Below, piece by piece: positions 1 to 5,966 of a DNA stretch of 64,000 bases. Every line of letters begins with the position of its first letter. Position 1 is the first letter of the stretch. The position numbers were made by a program, and so were the translations under genes. A model generated the notes under the pieces. It saw only the letters and a list, made by a program, of their open reading frames with translations, searched no databases and was not told the origin of the DNA. This DNA comes from an uncultured Gemmatimonadota bacterium. GTDB taxonomy: Bacteria; JAAXHH01. Where the stretch lies: positions 2,784,001 to 2,848,000 of the forward strand of contig OX638340.1 in NCBI GenBank assembly GCA_951812955.1, given 5' to 3'.

Positions 1-592
1 ATAAACCGGGCGTGGCTTCTACCGGCGATCCGGATGATCGCGTATTCGACCCCACCTGGTCGAACATCATCTGGCGCAGTTCGTCGATTCCCTGCTGCCG
101 GGAGGCGATTACGGGGACGATCGGGACCTTAAGTTGATCGGAGAGCGCGTCCAGGTCGATGTGGACGCCGCTGCTGACGGCGTTGTCCATCATGTTCATG
201 GCCACGGCGACGGGGATTCCGAGGTCGATGAGCTGAGTGACCAGGTAGAGGTTACGGTTGAGATTCGAGGCGTCCGCCACGACCACGATGAGCCGGACGT
301 CCAGGTCCTCGTCCGCTTCTCCGATCAGCACCTCCCGGGCGATGGAATCGTCGAGGGACTTCGGGGTAAGGCTGTACATTCCCGGCATGTCGTGCAGACG
401 TAGCGAGCCGCCGTCAGGACCCGTTACGATGCCCGTCTTCTTTTCCACGGTCACGCCGGGATAGTTGCCGGTTTTCTGGCGGAGTCCGGTCAGTGAATTG
501 AACACGGACGTCTTGCCGGTATTCGGATTACCGACAAGGAGCACGTCGATGACGGATTCACGGGCTGCGAATGTATCGGTTGTTTCGGCCAT
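1..592 (-). CDS. feoB: Ferrous iron transport protein B, N-terminal GTPase domain (5' part only; gene runs off the window start)
   Basis: Minus-strand translation from ATG at 592..590: MAETTDTFAARESVIDVLLVGNPNTGKTSVFNSLTGLRQKTGNYPGVTVEKKTG...DMPGMYSL. This matches the FeoB G-domain (G1 GNPNxGKT, G3 DxPG). Not in the ORF track because it is open at the window edge. Confidence 0.85.
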   Translation of the reverse strand, partial: MAETTDTFAARESVIDVLLVGNPNTGKTSVFNSLTGLRQKTGNYPGVTVEKKTGIVTGPDGGSLRLHDMPGMYSLTPKSLDDSIAREVLIGEADEDLDVRLIVVVADASNLNRNLYLVTQLIDLGIPVAVAMNMMDNAVSSGVHIDLDALSDQLKVPIVPVIASRQQGIDELRQMMFDQVGSNTRSSGSPVEATPGL

Positions 593-807
593 GGCCAGGG
601 TTTGGATCAGAATGGAACGGTGTCGCGATCGGATGTGGAAACCCGATGCGTCCGGATCGGACCAATATAACGCGGTACAATCAAAAAGGGAACAAAAAGC
701 AGTCCAGGAGCTCGCGAAACTCACCCGTCGATAAGGCGATATTGGTACGCCGGTAAATAACATGGACGTGGCCGGACTGGCAGGCAAATACCCGTGTCTG
801 ATTGTCT

Positions 808-2067
808 TTATCCTGGGCGAGCAAGGTGTGGCTCTTCATCGAATGCTCCCGTTGTATCGAATTCCTCCGTCGAATCAAATTCTTCTGTCGTATCGAATAC
901 CCTCGTTGGATACCGGGTTTCCTGCTCCTCCTGGCGTCGAGAGGCTTTGAATCTCCGAAATCGTCTCCATGCCAGGGAAAGACCGGTCCATACCAGGACC
1001 ACGGCGCCGGCTGACGCCACGCCCGCGATGAGCTGACCGAACCATCCGGCCGCTTCGCCCGTGTGTATCCAGCGCAGCCAGGTGCGGATCTGCCGTCCCA
1101 TGTTCAAGCTGGTGAAGGGTATCCATTCGACCACCCCTGCATCGCTCGTGGATACGGTGAGCGTCGATCGAGTCAGCGGAATGCGGTTGTCCATTTCAGA
1201 AACGGTCAGCGTGGTGGTTTCCGCGCCTTCTTTCGGCAGGTTCAGCGTGATGTACGCCCATTCCGGTACCTGCCTGCGCGCCGCGTCCAGAAAAGATTCG
1301 GAGGGAGCGACCGGCAACGGCGTGGTTTCATCCCCGGGCGTTGCCGGTTCAGACGCGGTTTGCGCTGCCCGTTGGGGCGGTTCCGTACCCGTAAGCGTGT
1401 AGACCAGGTCGCCCGCCCAACGATAGGAAATGACGACCCCGCTCAGCGAGATCAGGAAGAGGGCGGGAAGACACCAGAATCCGAAGGAATTGTGCCAGTT
1501 GAAATCCCGGTTTTTCCCCTTGATTTTGAAGTTCGGTACGAAGACTGCCTTGAACGCCGCCCATGTCCACCGGCGGGGCCACCAGATGTACAGACCCGTG
1601 ATGGTCAACAGGCAGAACGCCAGGTTGCAGGCACCCGTAACCGCGCGGGCGACCGCCCGGTTTTCGCCTTCCGCGCCGAACCAGCGGTGCCAGTACATGA
1701 TCTCCCGGAGGAAATCGCGGACGGCAATGTTTCCTTCGCCCCGAACATCCCCGGTATAGGGATCGACGAAGACGGTTTTCGCGCGGCCGTACCGCACGAC
1801 GTACGCCTCGGCCGGATCCGGACGTATGGTAACGGAGGCTGGCTCCGCTTCGGGATCGGCGTTCCGGACCGACGTGAGCACTGCGTCCATATCCATCCGC
1901 GCGGCGCCGGGATGGGGAGGATGGACCGTGGCGTAATTCCGGTTGGCGTAATCGACGATCTGACTCTGGAATGTGAGCAGCACGCCGGTTACCGACATGA
2001 ACAGGATGACGACGCCGGTGACGACGCCCGACGAGAGGTGGATCCAGAAGATGGTTTTTCGAATCAT
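808..2067 (-). CDS. PepSY-associated TM-helix protein (PiuB-like putative iron-uptake reductase/accessory membrane protein)
   Basis: 419 aa. N-terminal PepSY_TM pattern (MIRKTIFWIHLSSGVVTGVVILFMSVTGVLL), multiple TM segments, and C-terminal acidic FDTTEEFDSTEEFDTTGAFDEE repeats. Sits between feoA and feoB. Confidence 0.65.
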   Translation of the reverse strand: MIRKTIFWIHLSSGVVTGVVILFMSVTGVLLTFQSQIVDYANRNYATVHPPHPGAARMDMDAVLTSVRNADPEAEPASVTIRPDPAEAYVVRYGRAKTVFVDPYTGDVRGEGNIAVRDFLREIMYWHRWFGAEGENRAVARAVTGACNLAFCLLTITGLYIWWPRRWTWAAFKAVFVPNFKIKGKNRDFNWHNSFGFWCLPALFLISLSGVVISYRWAGDLVYTLTGTEPPQRAAQTASEPATPGDETTPLPVAPSESFLDAARRQVPEWAYITLNLPKEGAETTTLTVSEMDNRIPLTRSTLTVSTSDAGVVEWIPFTSLNMGRQIRTWLRWIHTGEAAGWFGQLIAGVASAGAVVLVWTGLSLAWRRFRRFKASRRQEEQETRYPTRVFDTTEEFDSTEEFDTTGAFDEEPHLARPG

Positions 2068-2237
2068 AATGCCCCGCGGTTATTCGATGGAATTGACACC
2101 GAGAACCAGGGGGCTTATATTCAAATACAGGCCGGGACCGGATTGTACTCGCCAAACGTACGTATCCCCCTGGTCCAGGGACTATCGGGGAGAGCCGGCC
2201 AGCCGAACCGATAGTCCTTTTTTTATTACCCTTCAGT

Positions 2238-2501
2238 TCAGATTCTTTCCACCAAAACCGAACGAGCCTCCGCGCATCGAATAGACAGGTGATAGTTCCG
2301 TACGCGTATCTCGATAGGGTCACCCATCGGTGCACGCTTGATCAATTCTACGGTCGTGCCCGGAAGCAGCCCCAGTTCCATCAGGTGCACTTCTTCCCCC
2401 GCCGTGCCCTTGATCTGCCTGATCGTTCCTTTTTCGCCAGGCTTCAGTTCATCCAGGCGAATCGTCTGCGCCGTTGTACTGGTAAAGAGTTCGGAGTGCA
2501 T
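2238..2501 (-). CDS. feoA: Ferrous iron transport protein A (FeoA domain)
   Basis: 87 aa with an SH3-like FeoA pattern (LDELKPGEKGTIRQI...LMELGLLPGTTVELIKRAPMGDPIEIRVRNYHLSIR). Confidence 0.8.
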   Translation of the reverse strand: MHSELFTSTTAQTIRLDELKPGEKGTIRQIKGTAGEEVHLMELGLLPGTTVELIKRAPMGDPIEIRVRNYHLSIRCAEARSVLVERI

Positions 2502-2671
2502 GGGTTATCTCGTGTCAGAGGGTCCTATGCCGGTACTAGCTACGGAACTGAAAGGTGTTATCCGAATAGGCAGGATCTCCTGTCGGTGGAATCGATCCGT
2601 TATAGTATGAATTTGACCTGACACGACGGTCTCCTTAAAACCCGCCGCCGGTCTACCGAATACCTCGTTCC

Positions 2672-3202
2672 TCACGCAGACTCCGATCGGATTACCAGGC
2701 ATTCACCCACTTCCTCGCATACCGCGCAGGAATCGAAATCGCAGATTGACAGCACGTTGGCGTCCCAGTAGGACTTGAGGAACGCCTTGCCGTGGGGGTC
2801 GTCCGAAAGGAGGAACTGCAGGAAGAGCAGTAACCGTTCCCCCGTCTTCGTACTGATCAGGTGCTCGATCTTGCACGCGTCGATTTCCGCCTGATCCGCG
2901 TCGATATGCAGGACGCCCTTGAGAAAGGCGATGAGGATCTGCCGGTGCGACCAGACCGACTGCGCCAGCCGGTTTCCCTCTTCCGACAGCAGGAGAAACC
3001 GGTTCCGGTCTTCCTCGAGATATCCCTTCTCCCGGAGCGACTTGATCATGATCGACGCGCTGCCGGGCGTGATGTGCATTTCCCGGGCGACATCCGACAC
3101 GCGGGCGTATCCCTGGTCCTCGATCAACTGCTGGACCGTCATCAGGTAGTGCGCGCCGCTGTGCGTGATCTCGTTGTGCTCGAATTCTCTCCAGACATCC
3201 AT
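2672..3202 (-). CDS. DtxR/MntR-family metal-dependent transcriptional repressor
   Basis: ORF 2672..3247. The likely start is the internal Met (MDVWREF..., minus-strand ATG at 3202..3200). There is an N-terminal HTH (ARVSDVAREMHITPGSASIMIKSLREKGYLEE) and a C-terminal metal-binding/dimerisation region typical of DtxR, directly upstream of feoA. Confidence 0.7.
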   Translation of the reverse strand: MDVWREFEHNEITHSGAHYLMTVQQLIEDQGYARVSDVAREMHITPGSASIMIKSLREKGYLEEDRNRFLLLSEEGNRLAQSVWSHRQILIAFLKGVLHIDADQAEIDACKIEHLISTKTGERLLLFLQFLLSDDPHGKAFLKSYWDANVLSICDFDSCAVCEEVGECLVIRSESA

Positions 3203-3327
3203 AATCCTGTTCGATTCGTTATGGCAACCATCGTGTTGCCGTCGCATAGAAATGTTTGGCTACTCAAATATGACTTTGCATTATATAACCTTCCGTTGGG
3301 GTGTCAAGAAAAAAGAAGGCGAGCAGT

Positions 3328-3335
3328 GTTTTTTT
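3328..3335. repeat. Left copy of 8-bp target-site duplication GTTTTTTT flanking the IS
   Basis: GTTTTTTT immediately precedes the left terminal inverted repeat. An identical octamer immediately follows the right IR at 5875..5882. Confidence 0.7.
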
Positions 3336-3357
3336 CGCAATGACAAGTTTTGTACTT
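3336..3357. repeat. Left terminal inverted repeat of IS (22 bp)
   Basis: Exact reverse complement of 5853..5874. Confidence 0.8.
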
Positions 3358-3431
3358 GACGGGCGGACCGGGCCATGGTATATTGAGGGTAGATAAGGAC
3401 AACAAACCATTTACCCTGTTGGAGTTATACC

Positions 3432-4307
3432 ATGAACTTGCACGAAGTGTTTACCCGATTCCCCGATCAGAAAGCCTGTATCGACCACCTGGAAGCGATC
3501 CGTTTTGCAAACGGCGCATATTGCCCGTTGTGCGGGAGCATGGAGAACGTCCGCCGGTCCAACCTGAAAAGCCGTGTCGGACGCTGGAACTGCCATGACT
3601 GCAAATCCTCGTTTAACGTCCTATCCGGTACGCCGTTATCCGGTACGCATATCCCGTTGCCCCGATGGTTCGCGGTCATGGCCCTGATGGTCAATGCCAA
3701 GAAGTCGCTGTCGAGCCACCAGTTGGCGCGGGATCTCGGATTGACCCAGCCTACGGCCCTGTACATGCAGGAACGCCTACGGGCGGTTATGGCATCCGAT
3801 CAAGCCGGTATGCTGGCCGGCATCATCGAAGCGGACGAAACCTACGTGGGCGGACGCCCGCGCAAGCAGAACAAGCGCGACGATTCCCCGACCGGCGGAC
3901 AGGGTAAATCGGACAAGACCCCGGTAATCGGCGCAGTCGAACGAGATGGCAAGGTCGTGGCGAAGATCGCCGATGACATGACCGGCAAGGGCGTGCTGAA
4001 CTTCATCCAGACCGCCGTAAGTCCGGCGGCTCAGATACTGGTTACCGATGAGAACAAGGCATATCGGGCGGTACGCGGCATGATGGCGCACAGCGTGATC
4101 AATCACCGTTACGAGTACGTCAACGGGCCGGTACACACGAACACGATTGAAGGGTTTTGGAGCCTGTTAAAACGGGCGTGGTACGGCAGTCATCACAAGT
4201 ACACGGTCGGACGTATGCCGTTGTTTATCGCGGAAGCGGCTTGGAAGTACAACCACCGGAAAGACGGATGCGCGTGGGACAGTTTCACGCGTGCATTGTT
4301 CGCGTAG
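3432..4307 (+). CDS. IS1595-family (ISXO2-like) DDE transposase
   Basis: 291 aa. N-terminal zinc ribbon (CPLCGS...WNCHDCKSSF), an HTH, then the IS1595 hallmark IEADETYVGG, plus DENKAYRAV and HTNTIEGFWSLLKR motifs. Confidence 0.85.
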   Translation: MNLHEVFTRFPDQKACIDHLEAIRFANGAYCPLCGSMENVRRSNLKSRVGRWNCHDCKSSFNVLSGTPLSGTHIPLPRWFAVMALMVNAKKSLSSHQLARDLGLTQPTALYMQERLRAVMASDQAGMLAGIIEADETYVGGRPRKQNKRDDSPTGGQGKSDKTPVIGAVERDGKVVAKIADDMTGKGVLNFIQTAVSPAAQILVTDENKAYRAVRGMMAHSVINHRYEYVNGPVHTNTIEGFWSLLKRAWYGSHHKYTVGRMPLFIAEAAWKYNHRKDGCAWDSFTRALFA

Positions 4308-4325
4308 ACAGGAACTCGTTTTCGC

Positions 4326-5576
4326 TTAGACGGGCGATAAGATACTCCATAGGCCGGTCGCCCTTGATCTTGTTGCAATGACCACATAGCAGTTGCAGGT
4401 TGCCGATATGACCCCCCCCCCCTTCGACTGTGGCACGACATGATCGACCTCGAAATGCCGGTAATCGAACGAGTATTTACACCCGTTGCATTGCCCCTCT
4501 TGCTCTCCGAACAGGATATGCTTCGTCTCCCTGTTCTTGTACATCACGTCCAGCACGCCCTCTTGCTTCGGTATATCCTTCCGGTGGATGATATCCCCGA
4601 ACAGCCCGTGATGATCCCGTAGACGATGCTCCACGAGTTCCACGGCCTTCTCCGACAGGTCGATCCCCGCCCATTGCCTCAAGTGCGTTTCAGCCGAAAC
4701 ACACGCGGTAGCGCATCCACAGAACGGATCCAAGACCACGTCGCCCTCGTTGCTGGATGCAAGGATGATGCGTTCCAACAACGCAAGGGGCTTCTGGGTT
4801 TTGAACCCCGTATATTCCTTACCTCTGAGGAAGGGTATATGCGTAATCCAATCTTCAGGAAACTTGCCATTTGGGTTTAGTTCGCAAATCCCTGAAGATG
4901 GTCTCCCAGAACCCAAAGACGATTTAGCGTAGCCCGACCGATTTCGGGATGATTCAGCGTATGGAAGACGTATCGGATCGACGTTGAACGTCCACTGGTC
5001 GGTCTTAGCGTAGAAAAGTATAGTATCGTGCGCCCTCGACAATTGCCGTTGCCTGTTACCGGCCATTCGAGAATAACACCATACAATCTCGTTTCGGAAG
5101 CCAGACCGCCCGAAAACTACATCCATGAGCGTTTTAAGGTAGTGGCTGGCCGTCGGGTCGCAATGCAGATATATCGACCCCGTAGACTTCAATACGCGGC
5201 GCATCTCGATCAAACGCACGGCCATCATGCACAGATACGATTGTGTGTGTTTCCCATGCGCCAAGCCCGCCGTTTCCACTACTCGATACAATGCCGGTTC
5301 CGTGTCTGCGATCAGTCCCATCCAGGCCACATCCAGGTCGGAGAGGGTCCATGTATCCTTGAACGCGGCCCCGGCCGCCTTGCTGCCGATGGGCGCCGCA
5401 TAGTTCCGGTTCGAGTTGAACGGCGGATCAAGGTATATCAGGTCCACGGATTCGGAGTTCATGCCGCGTAGAATGTGCAGGTTGTCGCCCGTCCATATGG
5501 TACGGTTGACCCAGTTAGGAGCAGCCATAGACGCCCTTTCGACAACGGCCCCGAAGTTCCCCCCGGAGCCGTTCAC
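4326..5576 (-). CDS. DNA methyltransferase (beta-class N6-adenine/N4-cytosine, motif IV DPPF before motif I) fused to a C-terminal HNH nuclease domain; HNH frameshifted at a poly-G tract
   Basis: 416 aa. Contains WTGDNLHILRGM...SVDLIYLDPPFNS (motif IV) and TQKPLALLERIILASSNEGDVVLDPFCGCATA (motif I region). The C-terminus CNGCKYSFDYRHFEVDHVVPQSKGGG is the start of an HNH motif. The rest of the motif (HIGNLQLLCGHCNKIKGDRP) is in another frame downstream of the G11 tract. With 9 or 12 Gs the ORF would extend to about 4285. Confidence 0.75.
   Translation of the reverse strand: MNGSGGNFGAVVERASMAAPNWVNRTIWTGDNLHILRGMNSESVDLIYLDPPFNSNRNYAAPIGSKAAGAAFKDTWTLSDLDVAWMGLIADTEPALYRVVETAGLAHGKHTQSYLCMMAVRLIEMRRVLKSTGSIYLHCDPTASHYLKTLMDVVFGRSGFRNEIVWCYSRMAGNRQRQLSRAHDTILFYAKTDQWTFNVDPIRLPYAESSRNRSGYAKSSLGSGRPSSGICELNPNGKFPEDWITHIPFLRGKEYTGFKTQKPLALLERIILASSNEGDVVLDPFCGCATACVSAETHLRQWAGIDLSEKAVELVEHRLRDHHGLFGDIIHRKDIPKQEGVLDVMYKNRETKHILFGEQEGQCNGCKYSFDYRHFEVDHVVPQSKGGGVISATCNCYVVIATRSRATGLWSILSPV
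4412..4422. repeat. Homopolymeric tract C11 (G11 on the coding strand) inside the HNH domain coding region
   Basis: Direct count of 11 consecutive C at 4412..4422. The frameshift between the two halves of the HNH motif coincides with it. Confidence 0.9.
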
Positions 5577-5670
5577 CGCGTGATTGTGGATTGTTTGTGA
5601 ATAAATCGGGGTTGCGCTGCCCTGTCAAGCGTAACGTACACGGTAGTCGGGTTCGTGCCTAATCTCATAC

Positions 5671-5718
5671 ATAGTTAAAGGACCGGAGATCATGCACGAT
5701 CCCCGGTCCTTTAACTAT
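5671..5718. promoter_or_regulatory. Perfect 16-bp-arm inverted repeat (ATAGTTAAAGGACCGG / CCGGTCCTTTAACTAT) with 16-nt spacer, upstream of the methyltransferase-HNH gene
   Basis: Arms at 5671-5686 and 5703-5718 are exact reverse complements. Spacer is AGATCATGCACGATCC. Located about 95-140 bp upstream of the passenger gene start (5576) and inside the IS. Candidate operator/controller site; function not demonstrable from sequence. Confidence 0.45.
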
Positions 5719-5852
5719 AGTCCTCTGCGATCTAACCGTCAATCGGCTCTATCAGTCCGGACGGCGATACTTTCCTGCATCAACCACGGCCCATACCATG
5801 ACTACGAGCGGAACGGCGTACCGTCAACATTACGGGCGGAGGGTTGCGCGGT

Positions 5853-5874
5853 AAGTACAAAACTTGTCATTGCG
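5853..5874. repeat. Right terminal inverted repeat of IS (22 bp)
   Basis: Exact reverse complement of 3336..3357. Confidence 0.8.
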
Positions 5875-5882
5875 GTTTTTTT
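5875..5882. repeat. Right copy of 8-bp target-site duplication GTTTTTTT
   Basis: Identical to 3328..3335 and immediately abuts the right IR. Confidence 0.7.
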
Positions 5883-5966
5883 TCGCGGGGCGGGTGCGAG
5901 GTGGGTACGTACGCGCACAAGCGTGCGCGCGTTCCGTAGTTGTGCTAAAAAGGAGTTGAATGTATT

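Larger units (their letters stand above)
3336..5874 (+). mobile_element. IS1595-family composite insertion sequence (about 2539 bp) carrying a transposase and a passenger methyltransferase-HNH gene
   Basis: Perfect 22-bp terminal inverted repeats (3336-3357 CGCAATGACAAGTTTTGTACTT; 5853-5874 AAGTACAAAACTTGTCATTGCG). Flanked by the direct repeat GTTTTTTT (8 bp, AT-rich; IS1595 family is known for 8-bp TSDs). Internal ISXO2/IS1595-type DDE transposase. Confidence 0.8.

Noticed and set aside
1063-2335. Long ORFs 1063..2214 (+, 383 aa) and 1349..2335 (-, 328 aa) overlapping the PepSY_TM gene
   Set aside because: Arg/Gly/Pro-rich translations typical of off-frame ORFs in GC-rich DNA, with no motifs. 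The 808..2067 minus frame has a coherent PepSY_TM membrane protein.
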